64,000 nucleotides of DNA from Acidimicrobiia bacterium (GTDB taxonomy: Bacteria > Actinomycetota > Acidimicrobiia > Spongiisociales > UBA5794), in contig BTQG01000001.1 of the NCBI GenBank assembly GCA_036985755.1, forward strand, positions 17,204-81,203, given 5' to 3'. The position numbers and the translations under genes are program-made. Under the pieces are notes generated by a model. That model did no database searches. It saw only the letters and a program-made list of their open reading frames with translations, and had not been told where the DNA came from. Of the stretch, positions 9,332 through 18,952 are shown one piece after another (position 1 is the stretch's first letter; each line of letters begins with the position of its first letter).

Positions 9332-9867
9332 CGACGAAACAACGAGGAGATCAATAGCACGACGACGCCGATGAAGACCGCGCTGTCGGCAATGTTGAAC
9401 GTCGGGATGAACCACCAGTCGATGAAGTCGACGACCGCCCCGTCGATGAACCCGTCCCCGCGCAACAGTCGATCAGCCAGGTTGCCGATGGCGCCGCCCA
9501 GTACCAGGCCCAGCCCGATCGCCTCAGCACGATGGGCGGTATCGCGCAGGGCGAACAGGATGAAGATGACGACTCCGATGACCAACAACCCGAGCAACGG
9601 GCCGCTCCTGGTGAAGGTCGAGAACGCGGCGCCGGTGTTGAAGGCGAGACGGAACCGTAGGAATCCGTCGATGAAGACGATGGGCCCGTCGTCGAGGGCG
9701 TTCACCGCCCACGCCTTGGTCAGTTGATCGACGACGAGCACGACGGCTGCGACGAGCAGCGCCAGCAGCCGGAGGTTCAGGCCCGCGCTGCGGCCTCCAC
9801 CGTCGTCGTCGCGTATGGGATGGCTTCCAGCCTCGCCAGCGGAATCGCTTTCCCCGTCACTTCGCAT
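9328..9867 (-). CDS. lspA: Lipoprotein signal peptidase II
   Basis: DQLTKAW, FNTGAAFS and FNIADS motifs; 4 TM segments. The only ATG/GTG/TTG start is ATG 9867, giving a 91-nt overlap with the upstream dksA-like gene. Confidence 0.88.
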   Translation of the reverse strand: MRSDGESDSAGEAGSHPIRDDDGGGRSAGLNLRLLALLVAAVVLVVDQLTKAWAVNALDDGPIVFIDGFLRFRLAFNTGAAFSTFTRSGPLLGLLVIGVVIFILFALRDTAHRAEAIGLGLVLGGAIGNLADRLLRGDGFIDGAVVDFIDWWFIPTFNIADSAVFIGVVVLLISSLFRR

Positions 9868-10148
9868 ATGCCGTACATGCCCTTCTCCATGCGCTCTTGT
9901 GCATGGATGACTTTCTCCAGCAGCGCCTTGGCGTTCTGCTCCACCGAGATGTCCATCTCCATCTCAGAAGCGAGTGAACCGCCGTCGGCGTTCCCAGGAT
10001 CTGCATTGTGCTCCGACGCGGACTCGGCAAGCCTGCCGGCCTCTCGTTGCTGCTCCACCTCTTCGAGGATCCCTTCGAGTCGTAGTCGCTCGGCGTCGAG
10101 CTTGCCGCCGAAACGATCGAGGGTGGATTGCGCCAATTTCCTGACCAC
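9777..10148 (-). CDS. DksA/TraR-family protein with degenerate (Cys-depleted) zinc finger
   Basis: GTG 10148 preceded by GGAGG (aacGGAGGaccaGTG). Coiled-coil region then GICEVTGKAIPLARLEAIPYATTTVE where C4 family members have CxxC...CxxC. Same position (between ileS and lspA) as DksA-like genes in other Actinobacteria, from memory. Confidence 0.75.
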   Translation of the reverse strand: MVRKLAQSTLDRFGGKLDAERLRLEGILEEVEQQREAGRLAESASEHNADPGNADGGSLASEMEMDISVEQNAKALLEKVIHAQERMEKGMYGICEVTGKAIPLARLEAIPYATTTVEAAARA

Positions 10149-10194
10149 TGGTCCTCCGTTTCGCGGCCGGGAATATACCACCCGTTGCGGGACA

Positions 10195-10488
10195 CTAGGC
10201 GCCTCGTGGGTCGAGCAGCCGGCGAGCGTCCACCGGATCGACACCATGCAACACCAGGGCTTTCTTGCGGCTCGTCGCGCCGGAGATGAGCTCGACGGCT
10301 GCCGCCCCCGATGTCGTCTTGAGGATCCTTTGAAGCTCGCGGTTGGCGCGCCCGGCTTCGGGAGCAGCGGCGAGGCGGACCCGCAGCGCATCATCGTGAA
10401 GGCCGACGATCTCGGTCCGCGACGCCCGAGGAACCGCCCATACCCTCACCAGGGATCCGTCCCGATGGTGCTCGATCCATCCCATCAT
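10195..10488 (-). CDS. DUF167 (YggU-like) protein
   Basis: 97 aa, VRVWAVPRASRTEIVG...LRVRLAAAPEAGRANREL...ISGATSRKKALVLHG matches the DUF167 pattern. Confidence 0.8.
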   Translation of the reverse strand: MMGWIEHHRDGSLVRVWAVPRASRTEIVGLHDDALRVRLAAAPEAGRANRELQRILKTTSGAAAVELISGATSRKKALVLHGVDPVDARRLLDPRGA

Positions 10489-10599
10489 CGGACGCTACCC
10501 GCTGCCAACAAACTAGGGCGCGTCGGCGCCGCGGAAACCGGGTATCCTCATCGACAACGCAAAGACGGGGACGCGCCCTCCAGCGAACCTGCGGTCCCA

Positions 10600-10820
10600 G
10601 CGAACCGACGACGGTGAGAGGTCGGTACCGCCCGCAGAGAGGGATATCACCCCCGAGCGGCGAGCAGATCCCCGGATCGACCGAGGTAGATCTCGACGGC
10701 GCTCCGCCGAGACAGGAGAACGAGAGCGTGCTCGCTCTCGACAGAGCGGCCGGCTTCAGCCGGCAAGCCGGGTGGTACCGCGGGGCCACCTCGTCCCGGC
10801 GTTTGAGACCGGGAGGATCC
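10600..10820 (+). promoter_or_regulatory. T-box leader (tRNA-Ile sensing, SD-sequestering type) of ileS
   Basis: T-box consensus GGGTGGTACCGCG at 10770-10782. CCTCGTCCCGG (10789-10799) is complementary to CCGGGAGG (10809-10816), which contains the SD 4 nt before GTG 10821. Candidate Specifier ATC+A at 10646-10649 after AGAGA. 5' boundary approximate. Confidence 0.75.
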
Positions 10821-13800
10821 GTGACCGACAGCAGTAGCGCTCCAGCCTTCGTCAGGGTCGACCCAGCCGTCGATCTGTCTGCCATCGACGCCAGGATCCT
10901 CGCCTTCTGGGATCGTATCGACGCCTTCGCCACTTCGGTCCAGATGCGCCCGCCGGAATCCGAGTACACGTTCTACGACGGTCCCCCGTTCGCAACCGGC
11001 AGCCCCCACTACGGGCACATTCTGCAGGGTGTTGTCAAAGACATCGTCCCGCGGTACTGGACCATGCGCGGCCACCGCGTGGAGCGACGGTTCGGCTGGG
11101 ACACGCACGGTCTCCCCGTGGAGATGGAGGTGCAGAAGCTGCTCGGAGTGAACAGCCCTCGCCAGATCGAGGATCTGGGTGTCGCTCGTTTCAACCAGGC
11201 GGCCCGCGATCTCGTCTCGGACATCACGACCGACTGGTACGACATCACCCGCCGCATCGGACGATGGGTCGACTTCGATGACGACTACAAGACGATGGAC
11301 CTCGACTATATGGAGTCGGTTTGGTGGGGTTTCAAGCAGTTGTGGGATCGAGGACTCGTCTACAAAACGCTCAAGGTGGTTCCGTATTCATGGGGCGCGG
11401 CGACACCGCTGTCCAACTTCGAGGTGAATCTCGGTGGATACCGCGATGTCGACGATCCGTCGCTGACCGTGCGGTTCCGCGTTCTCGCCGGCAACGAGGT
11501 GGTAGATGCCGGGGACGAGCTGGTGGTGTGGACAACGACCCCGTGGACGTTGCCAGGAAACCTGGCGGTGGCCGTCGGATATTCGATCGACTACGTCAGG
11601 GTGGCACACGGCGACTCCCGCTCCTGGGTGGCACGGCAGCGGCTCGATGCCGTATGGCCTGACGGGCATCACGACATAGTCGGCGCCGCCAGGGGAGCCG
11701 ATCTGCTCGACATCACCTACGAACCGCCGTTCTCTCACTTCGAGACCCAACGAGAAAGAGGTGCGTTCCGAATCATCGCCATGGACGAGGTGACAACCGA
11801 AGATGGCACCGGTCTCGTCCACCTCGCACCTGCCTACGGCGAGGCCGATTTCGCTGCGCTCAAAGCTGCCGGGATCGACGCCTTCGTCGACCCCGTCGAT
11901 GCCGTCGCCAGGTTCACCGACGAGGTGCCCGAGGTTGCGGGCATGTACGTCAAGGACGCCGACCCCATCCTGGTCGAACACCTCGAGGACCGCGGCCGCG
12001 TCGTCCGCTCCACCAGGATCACACACCCGTACCCGTTCTGCTGGCGCACAGACACACCACTGATCTACAAGGCCGTCCCGAGTTGGTACGTTGCGGTGGC
12101 ATCGCTCAAAGATCGGATGGTGGCGCACAACGATGGGATCCACTGGGTTCCCGACTATGTGGGATCCGCCCGGTTCGGAAACTGGCTGGAGGATGCCAGA
12201 GACTGGGCGATCTCGCGCAATCGCTTCTGGGGCACCACGATCCCGGTCTGGGAATGCGATGGATGCGACGAGCAGGTCTGTGTGGGCTCGATCGACGAGT
12301 TGGAAACACTCTCAGGAGTGCGACCGGACGACCTGCACAAGGACATCCTCGATCCGATCACCTGGCTCTGCGCCACGTGCCGGGGAACGATGCGAAGAGT
12401 GCCAGAGGTTCTCGACACGTGGTTCGACTCCGGCTCGATGCCGTACGCCCAGATCCACTACCCATTCGAGAACGCCGATCGCTTCGAGGCAGGTTTCCCT
12501 GCCGACTTCATCGCCGAGGGCCTGGACCAGACCCGCGGCTGGTTCTACACGCTGCTCGTCCTGTCGACCGGGATCTTCGACGTTGCCCCGTTCCAGCACT
12601 GCATCGTGACCGGCATGCTGCTCGCAGAGGACGGTCGCAAGATGTCCAAGAGTGTTGGGAACTTCACCGATCCTTCGCAGATTCTCGACGAGTACGGCGC
12701 CGACGCCATGCGCGCCTACCTGATCAACTCGCCGGTGCTGCGGGCGGATCCGTTGCGATTCAAGGACGATGGGGTCAGGGAGGTCGTGCGAACCGTTCTG
12801 CTCCCGCTGTGGAACGCGTTTTCGTTCTTCACCACCTATGCGGAGGCCGATCGGATAACGGCAGATGACCTCGCCGCCGCACCCGCCATCGCCGACCGAC
12901 CCGAGATCGACCGCTGGATCCACTCCGTGCTCCAGAGCCTGATCGCCGACGTCAACAGGGAGATGGAGTCGTACCGGTTGTTTGCGGTGATTCCGCCGAT
13001 CATCGGTTTCGTCGACTTCCTCACCAACTGGTACATCAGGCGGTCGCGGCGCCGGTTCTGGACGCATCGCGGCGATGGTGAAGACACCGACAAGCTTGCC
13101 GCCTTCGCCACGCTGTACGAGGTGCTGACCACGTTCGCCACCGTCGCCGCTCCGGTTCTTCCGTTCATCACCGAGGAGATCTATCAGGGTCTGGTCACCA
13201 CGATCGACGAAAACGCGCCTGCAAGCATTCATCATGTCGACTATCCGACCGCCGATCGAGCCGTTATCGACCCTGCACTGGAGAAGGCCATGGCCGACGT
13301 GCGCACCGTCGTCACCCTGGGACGAGGTTTGAGAAAACGCGACGGTCTTCGGGTGCGCCAACCCCTTGAAACGATCACCGTGATAAGCCGTGACCCTGCA
13401 GTTCGAGAGGGCGTCTCCGCCCATAGCCGACTGATTCGAGAGGAGCTCAACGTCCGCGAGGTCGAAGTGACCCATGCCGAATCCGACGTGGTCGAGCTAT
13501 CGGCAAAGGCCGATTTCAAACGGATCGGTCCCCGCTTCGGGGAACGGACCAAAGCGGTCGCTGCTGCCATCGCCGCTCTTGATCATGACGCGATTGGCGC
13601 GATGCTCGATGGTGATCCGCTGACGCTCGACGGCGAGCGGATAACCGCGAAAGACCTGGTGGTGTCCAGAACCGCGCATGCCGGGACGGTGGTGGCATCC
13701 TCGGGATCCCTCACCGTGGCGCTCGATACGACCGTCACCGATGAGCTCCGCGGTGAGGGCCTCGCCCGCGAGATCGTCAACCGCATCCAGACCCTGCGCC

Positions 13801-14009
13801 GCGATCTCGCTCTCGATGTGACCGATCACATCGCCGTGGGTTGGTCGGCCGACGATGACACGATCCGAGAAGCATTCGACGTGCACGGCGCCCTCATCGC
13901 AGGAGAGGTGCTCGCCGACTCACTCGACGAGCAATCGCTCGATGCGGTGCTCTTCGACATCGACGGCAGCGCCGTCTACCTCGGCATCGAGGCCCTCATC
14001 GACAGATGA
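10821..14009 (+). CDS. ileS: Isoleucyl-tRNA synthetase
   Basis: HIGH-type motif SPHYGHIL, KMSKS motif GRKMSKSVGN; start re-picked at GTG 10821 behind GGGAGG (1062 aa). Confidence 0.95.
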   Translation: MTDSSSAPAFVRVDPAVDLSAIDARILAFWDRIDAFATSVQMRPPESEYTFYDGPPFATGSPHYGHILQGVVKDIVPRYWTMRGHRVERRFGWDTHGLPVEMEVQKLLGVNSPRQIEDLGVARFNQAARDLVSDITTDWYDITRRIGRWVDFDDDYKTMDLDYMESVWWGFKQLWDRGLVYKTLKVVPYSWGAATPLSNFEVNLGGYRDVDDPSLTVRFRVLAGNEVVDAGDELVVWTTTPWTLPGNLAVAVGYSIDYVRVAHGDSRSWVARQRLDAVWPDGHHDIVGAARGADLLDITYEPPFSHFETQRERGAFRIIAMDEVTTEDGTGLVHLAPAYGEADFAALKAAGIDAFVDPVDAVARFTDEVPEVAGMYVKDADPILVEHLEDRGRVVRSTRITHPYPFCWRTDTPLIYKAVPSWYVAVASLKDRMVAHNDGIHWVPDYVGSARFGNWLEDARDWAISRNRFWGTTIPVWECDGCDEQVCVGSIDELETLSGVRPDDLHKDILDPITWLCATCRGTMRRVPEVLDTWFDSGSMPYAQIHYPFENADRFEAGFPADFIAEGLDQTRGWFYTLLVLSTGIFDVAPFQHCIVTGMLLAEDGRKMSKSVGNFTDPSQILDEYGADAMRAYLINSPVLRADPLRFKDDGVREVVRTVLLPLWNAFSFFTTYAEADRITADDLAAAPAIADRPEIDRWIHSVLQSLIADVNREMESYRLFAVIPPIIGFVDFLTNWYIRRSRRRFWTHRGDGEDTDKLAAFATLYEVLTTFATVAAPVLPFITEEIYQGLVTTIDENAPASIHHVDYPTADRAVIDPALEKAMADVRTVVTLGRGLRKRDGLRVRQPLETITVISRDPAVREGVSAHSRLIREELNVREVEVTHAESDVVELSAKADFKRIGPRFGERTKAVAAAIAALDHDAIGAMLDGDPLTLDGERITAKDLVVSRTAHAGTVVASSGSLTVALDTTVTDELRGEGLAREIVNRIQTLRRDLALDVTDHIAVGWSADDDTIREAFDVHGALIAGEVLADSLDEQSLDAVLFDIDGSAVYLGIEALIDR

Positions 14010-14274
14010 CGAAGGAGAGCACCTGGATACCGATGATGAGCACGAGCGGGGACAGGTCGAGTGCGGCCCCCCCGATGCGCACCGGCGGAATGAGGTTCCT
14101 GATTGGAGCCATCAGCGGCTCGATGAGCCGGGACATCAAGTCGTAGAACCTGCGCACCGGATGGTCGAAGGAGAGGCGCCCGAACGAAACCACATAACTG
14201 AGGACGATCCAGATGATGATGGCCCAGAAAGCGACCTCGAGCACGAAACAAACGAGGTCGACGAGAAGGCCCAT
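13996..14274 (-). CDS. yggT: YggT-family membrane protein
   Basis: 92 aa, two TM segments, RFYDLMSRLIEPLMAPIRNLIPP pattern; last dcw-cluster gene; 3' end overlaps ileS 3' end by 14 nt. Confidence 0.85.
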   Translation of the reverse strand: MGLLVDLVCFVLEVAFWAIIIWIVLSYVVSFGRLSFDHPVRRFYDLMSRLIEPLMAPIRNLIPPVRIGGAALDLSPLVLIIGIQVLSFVICR

Positions 14275-14277
14275 CGA

Positions 14278-14841
14278 TCAGCCCGCGCTATACAGGCCGG
14301 CTGCCGTCAAACGGTCGATCTCGTCGACCCCGACGGTGATTCCCGGCGGCGAAACCAGGATCACGCCCTGGGCGATCTTCGCCATCTTGCCGTTCAATGC
14401 ATAGGTCAACCCCGAGGTGAAGTCGACGAGGCGCCGCACCATCTCCGGCTCGGTGTTGCGCAGGTCGAGCACGACGGCACGCCCGCTGCCGAGACCGTCG
14501 GCAAGCCGCTGAGCGTCGGAGAAATTGCGCGCCATGATCACCTCGGTATCCGGCGTTGCCGGTGCCAGCCCTTCGGGGATCGGCGATGACCCTGGATCCG
14601 GTTGCACGTACACACCGGCTTCGGTGTGCAGCCACGTCGAAGTGCGGCGGTGCGAATCTGGCGGATCGACGCGGCGGCCGGCGACGGTGCCCGGCGGTCG
14701 GGCGGTGACGGTCCCGATCGCGTCGGGGTCGGTTGTGACCGCGACCGCTCGCTCATCGCCCCCCAGGCCCGGGTGTCCACCTTCGTCGTCGACGAGACCA
14801 AGGTAGAACAGGGTTTTCTGCCAGAACGTAGCCATGTTCAT
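14278..14841 (-). CDS. sepF: Cell division protein SepF
   Basis: Conserved C-terminal domain (FSDAQRLADGLGSGRAVVLDLRNTEPEMVRRLVDFTSGLTYAL) after a disordered linker; follows yggS with ATGA overlap. Confidence 0.9.
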   Translation of the reverse strand: MNMATFWQKTLFYLGLVDDEGGHPGLGGDERAVAVTTDPDAIGTVTARPPGTVAGRRVDPPDSHRRTSTWLHTEAGVYVQPDPGSSPIPEGLAPATPDTEVIMARNFSDAQRLADGLGSGRAVVLDLRNTEPEMVRRLVDFTSGLTYALNGKMAKIAQGVILVSPPGITVGVDEIDRLTAAGLYSAG

Positions 14842-15530
14842 TCCTCCACTCGGCGGGCTCCGCTATCGGGTTCGCCGGTGCCAAAGATAGCCCGTCCCAG
14901 GCGAACCATCGTTGCACCGCACTCGATCGCAACCTCGAAGTCGTCAGACATACCCATGGAGAGCTCGACGGCATCAGGGTGTCTCAAACGCAGTTCGGCG
15001 CCGATGGAAGCAAGCTCGGTGAACCATGGTCGTGAATCTTCAGCCACTTCGGGTGCCGGGGGAAGGATCATCAAGCCTCGCACCTCAACACCGAGATCGA
15101 CGAGGCGCTGCGCCGCCTCCACCACTTCGGCCCGGGGATACCCGTGTTTCTGTGTTTCCGCGGCGATGTTGACCTGCAGCAATACCGGGGGTGGGTCCGA
15201 TAGCTGCCCCCACACTCCCTCGAGTCGGGCTCGATCCATCGAGTGCACCAGCTCCACACTCGGTGCGATCAGCTTGACCTTGCGTCGTTGCACGCTGCCG
15301 ACGAAATGCCACGTGATATCCACCGGTAGTGGGCCATCGAGGCGCGACAGCAGAGCTTCAGCGCGGTTCTCCGCAAACAAGCGATGACCACCGTCGTAGA
15401 GCTGTTGTACCTCGGCGTCGCTGCGGCCCTTCGACACCACGACGAGTGTCACGTCGGAGGGCTCGCGTCCGGCGCGCCGCACAGCACTCGCAATCCGGCG
15501 CCGGACCTCGATCAGCTTGCCGAGATCCAT
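14838..15530 (-). CDS. yggS: PLP-binding homeostasis protein YggS
   Basis: Start re-picked at ATG 15530 ([14 protein letters not shown]); LVVVSKGRS PLP-lysine motif, FAENR, MGMSDDFEVAIE. Confidence 0.9.
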   Translation of the reverse strand: MDLGKLIEVRRRIASAVRRAGREPSDVTLVVVSKGRSDAEVQQLYDGGHRLFAENRAEALLSRLDGPLPVDITWHFVGSVQRRKVKLIAPSVELVHSMDRARLEGVWGQLSDPPPVLLQVNIAAETQKHGYPRAEVVEAAQRLVDLGVEVRGLMILPPAPEVAEDSRPWFTELASIGAELRLRHPDAVELSMGMSDDFEVAIECGATMVRLGRAIFGTGEPDSGARRVEE

Positions 15531-16141
15531 GTCACTGAAACTTGCCGTTCCCTGGTGCGGTCGCGACGATGGGAGAGGAATCGGACATCGGTATAGGTGC
15601 AGATATCGGCCCGCCACACCTCCAGGCCGCCAAGCTGTGCTTCGGCGGCTGACCACAGGTCGACGCTGCTGGTCCCCCATGTCGTTGTTGCGGCATACGG
15701 TCCGAGCACGGCCAGCACCTCGCTACCGACCTCGTAGCAGCAGGGCCCTATCGATGGGCCGATGGCCGCCCGTGTCGGGCTATCGCCGGCGTCGCGGAGC
15801 GCGGCAACACCGGCATCGACCACGCCTGCGGCCATGCCCCGCCATCCGGCGTGGACGACAACGGTGCCACGAGCGCCTTCGATGATCACAGGGACACAGT
15901 CGGCCGTGGCCACAGCAACCGCCAGGCCGCTCGAACCGGTGAGCAGACCGTCGCCGGCCCCTGCGCTGCCGGGCTCATCGACGCTCAGCACGGTGCTGCC
16001 GTGCACCTGTTCCGGCCACGACCAGCGATCCGGCGCACCGAACCGTTCGGAAAAGTGAGAGCGCACCGCAGGACTCGACCGTGGATCCCCGTCCGCTGCC
16101 TCTCCGAATACGGCGCCGCGGAACCCTGGCGGTTCGATCAT
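15512..16141 (-). CDS. pgeF: PgeF/YfiH (DUF152, laccase-domain) protein
   Basis: QVHGSTV, TADCVPV, HAGWRG motifs; ATGA overlap with ftsZ stop. Confidence 0.9.
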   Translation of the reverse strand: MIEPPGFRGAVFGEAADGDPRSSPAVRSHFSERFGAPDRWSWPEQVHGSTVLSVDEPGSAGAGDGLLTGSSGLAVAVATADCVPVIIEGARGTVVVHAGWRGMAAGVVDAGVAALRDAGDSPTRAAIGPSIGPCCYEVGSEVLAVLGPYAATTTWGTSSVDLWSAAEAQLGGLEVWRADICTYTDVRFLSHRRDRTRERQVSVTWISAS

Positions 16142-17220
16142 CCCTGGACGAAACCCGGGATGTCCATTTCGTCGGTCCCTTCTTGCTCATCGTCGGTATC
16201 GCCGAGCCCAAGACCCTCCGTCGGCGACGATGTCGATCCGAACGAGAATGGAGAAGGCCGGGAACCTCGATCAAAGCCCGCAGCGATGACGGTCACCCGC
16301 ATGGCGTCGCCGAGGGTGTCGTCGATGACGGCGCCGAAGATGATGTTGGCATCCGCATCGGAGTGATCGGCGACGATAGAAGCCGCGGTGCTCACCTCGT
16401 GCAGTGTCATCTCCCTCGGGCCGGCCACGGCGAGCAGCGTGCCGCGAGCACCATCCATCGACGACTCGAGCAGCGAGCTCGAAATCGCTTTCTCCGCAGC
16501 CTGCACGGCCCGGTTCTCGCCGGTCGACTCCCCGATCCCCAAGACTGCTGAGCCGGCGCCGGCCATCACCGCCCTGACGTCGGCAAAGTCGACATTGATC
16601 AAGCCGGGGGTCGTGATGAGGTCGGAGATCCCGCGAACTCCATTGGTGAGCACCTCGTCGGCCATCCGGAAGGCCTCGTTGACCGGGGTGCCCTCGTCGG
16701 TGATCTCGAGCAGCCGCTCATTGGGCACGATGATCAGCGTGTCCACGGCGTTCTTCAACTCCTGGATGCCCTGCTCTGCGGCGACCGAACGCCGACGACC
16801 TTCGAAACCGAACGGCCGTGTCACAACGCCCACGGTCAGTGCGCCCTGGCTCTTGGCGATCTCTCCGATGATCGGCGCCGCCCCGGTTCCGGTCCCTCCA
16901 CCCTCACCCGCAGTGATAAAAACCATGTCGGCGCCGGCGAGGGCATCCTCTATCTCGCTGCGATGATCCTCCGCCGCTATCCGCCCGACCTCTGGGTCGG
17001 CTCCCGCTCCCAACCCTTTGGTGGTGTCGCGCCCGATATCGAGTTTGAGATCCGCATCCGACATCAACAGCGCCTGGGCATCGGTGTTCACTGCGATGAA
17101 CTCGACTCCGCCAACGCCTGCCTCGATCATACGGTTGACGGCGTTGACACCTCCGCCTCCAACGCCGACCACCTTGATCACAGCAAGATAGGAATGCGGA
17201 GTGTAATTCATCTCATTCAT
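16138..17220 (-). CDS. ftsZ: Cell division GTPase FtsZ
   Basis: [13 protein letters not shown] and tubulin signature [10 protein letters not shown]. Confidence 0.98.
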   Translation of the reverse strand: MNEMNYTPHSYLAVIKVVGVGGGGVNAVNRMIEAGVGGVEFIAVNTDAQALLMSDADLKLDIGRDTTKGLGAGADPEVGRIAAEDHRSEIEDALAGADMVFITAGEGGGTGTGAAPIIGEIAKSQGALTVGVVTRPFGFEGRRRSVAAEQGIQELKNAVDTLIIVPNERLLEITDEGTPVNEAFRMADEVLTNGVRGISDLITTPGLINVDFADVRAVMAGAGSAVLGIGESTGENRAVQAAEKAISSSLLESSMDGARGTLLAVAGPREMTLHEVSTAASIVADHSDADANIIFGAVIDDTLGDAMRVTVIAAGFDRGSRPSPFSFGSTSSPTEGLGLGDTDDEQEGTDEMDIPGFVQG

Positions 17221-17246
17221 GGGAGCCTCCAGGAGACAGCCAAAGG

Positions 17247-18041
17247 TTAGTCGGTGGGTTGAGCCTCTGGAAGTGTCTCTCCCTCATCCTCGACCTCACC
17301 TTGAGGGTTGGCCACCGCCGGGCGTTTCGGGGCGGTGACATCGACATGACTCCCGGGGGCCAGGCCGTAGTCGATCAAAGCGATGAGCGCCACCGCCTTC
17401 GACTGCATCTCTGTGGATCGACCCAGCCGAACCGTCACATCACCGACGGTCGCCGTCAATTGACCCGCTTCATCCACCGAGACAACAGTGACCCGTGCCA
17501 CTTCGGTGGGCAACCAGTCGATGAATTCGAGCGCGCCGAGCGTCGCCGCCGCCACGATCGTTGCGCCGGGGCGGGTGGTTTCGGGCACATCGGTTGCAAT
17601 CAAGGCCAACCCCGTAGGGTCATCGAGCATCTCGACGACCGCACCGCCTGAGGTGACATGTGCGTAACCGCCTGCCGTCGTAACTGCGGCCACCGGGACC
17701 TGCTCTGTCACTTCGACATCGAGACTGCCCGGCCAGCTGACCACGACTCGCGCTTGGGCAATCCACGGGTCGGCGCGTAGCGCCTGCTCGAGAGCATTGG
17801 CGTCGACGGAGACCGTCGGGGTGCCTGCAACGACGTCGAGGCCGGCGAGAACGGCTTCAGGATCGGAGTGCTCGGCACCGGTAACGGTGATCCTGTCGAC
17901 GGAGAGCAAGGGGGATCGCGCCAGAGCGAACCCGGCCGCCGCCAAGACCAGCAGCACGACGAGGCCGATCACGAGCCGGAGCCTGGTGCGAGCGCGCTCC
18001 TCGGTGACACGATGGCGGCGCTCCGCAATGCGTCGGTCCAT
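17247..18041 (-). CDS. ftsQ: Cell division protein FtsQ (POTRA domain)
   Basis: Single TM ([18 protein letters not shown]) then POTRA-like [14 protein letters not shown]; start re-picked at ATG 18041 just after the murB stop; cluster position. Confidence 0.8.
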   Translation of the reverse strand: MDRRIAERRHRVTEERARTRLRLVIGLVVLLVLAAAGFALARSPLLSVDRITVTGAEHSDPEAVLAGLDVVAGTPTVSVDANALEQALRADPWIAQARVVVSWPGSLDVEVTEQVPVAAVTTAGGYAHVTSGGAVVEMLDDPTGLALIATDVPETTRPGATIVAAATLGALEFIDWLPTEVARVTVVSVDEAGQLTATVGDVTVRLGRSTEMQSKAVALIALIDYGLAPGSHVDVTAPKRPAVANPQGEVEDEGETLPEAQPTD

Positions 18042-18046
18042 GGTCT

Positions 18047-18952
18047 TCACGAGTGAACCTCCGGCCTGCCTTCGAATCGACCGACGAACCGCAGCTCCGG
18101 CTCCAGCCAAACCCCGGTTCGTTCACCTACGCGAGACCTGATCGCCCACACCAGATCCCAGACATCCTGAGCCGTCGCCCCCTCCTCGGAGACGAAGAAA
18201 TTCGCATGCACGTCTGATACGGCGACGCCGCCCCGACGGTAGCCCTTGAGACCGAGGGAGTCGATGATTCGCCCTGCTGCGTCTCCGTGTGGGTTCTTGA
18301 ACACCGAGCCGGCGTTGAGGGTGCCCCCCGGCTGATGCTGCTTGCGCCACCGGGTCACGTCGCGAAGGATCTGCTCGCCCCTGCTCTGGGCTTGCTCGAT
18401 GGTTCGAAAGCGCGCCGCCACCACGACATCAGCATCGCCAAGGTTGGAGTGTCGGTAGGCCAGCTCGAGGTCGGCGGGGTTGTCGCTTCGCTCGGTCAGT
18501 GTGGATCGATCGAGAATGGTGGCGTCGAGCAACCAGGTCGCGGTGTCCGACCCGTGGCCACCTGCGTTCATCCTGATTGCCCCCCCGACCGAGCCGGGGA
18601 TACCGACAAAGAACTCGAGCCCACCCCGATCGTATTCGGTGGCGAATCGAGCCAGTCTCGGCAGCGGCATGCCTGCGCCTGCACTCACCGACCCGTCCTC
18701 GTTGATGGTCGCAACCAGAAACTCCCCGACCAGCCGGAGCACCAGCCCAGGAAAACCATGGTCCGAAACCACGAGGTTGCTCCCTCGTCCCAGCACGAGC
18801 AGCTCGACATCGCCTGCCGAGCCCAACACCTCACGCAGCGAGTCCCTATCCTCGACATCGGCGAACCATGCTGCGGCGCCGCCGAGTTTGTAGGTCGTGA
18901 GCGGTGCCAGGTCGACGTTGTCTCGCACAGAGGCGTGGCGGGTCTCGTTCAT
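18047..18952 (-). CDS. murB: UDP-N-acetylenolpyruvoylglucosamine reductase
   Basis: FAD-binding LTTYKLGGAA, LVLGRGSNLVV, GSVGGAIRMNAGGHG, AGSVFKNP. Confidence 0.95.
   Translation of the reverse strand: MNETRHASVRDNVDLAPLTTYKLGGAAAWFADVEDRDSLREVLGSAGDVELLVLGRGSNLVVSDHGFPGLVLRLVGEFLVATINEDGSVSAGAGMPLPRLARFATEYDRGGLEFFVGIPGSVGGAIRMNAGGHGSDTATWLLDATILDRSTLTERSDNPADLELAYRHSNLGDADVVVAARFRTIEQAQSRGEQILRDVTRWRKQHQPGGTLNAGSVFKNPHGDAAGRIIDSLGLKGYRRGGVAVSDVHANFFVSEEGATAQDVWDLVWAIRSRVGERTGVWLEPELRFVGRFEGRPEVHS

Noticed and set aside
8372-9727. 451-aa plus ORF antisense to rluD/lspA
   Set aside because: A shadow ORF; both minus-strand genes have diagnostic catalytic motifs.
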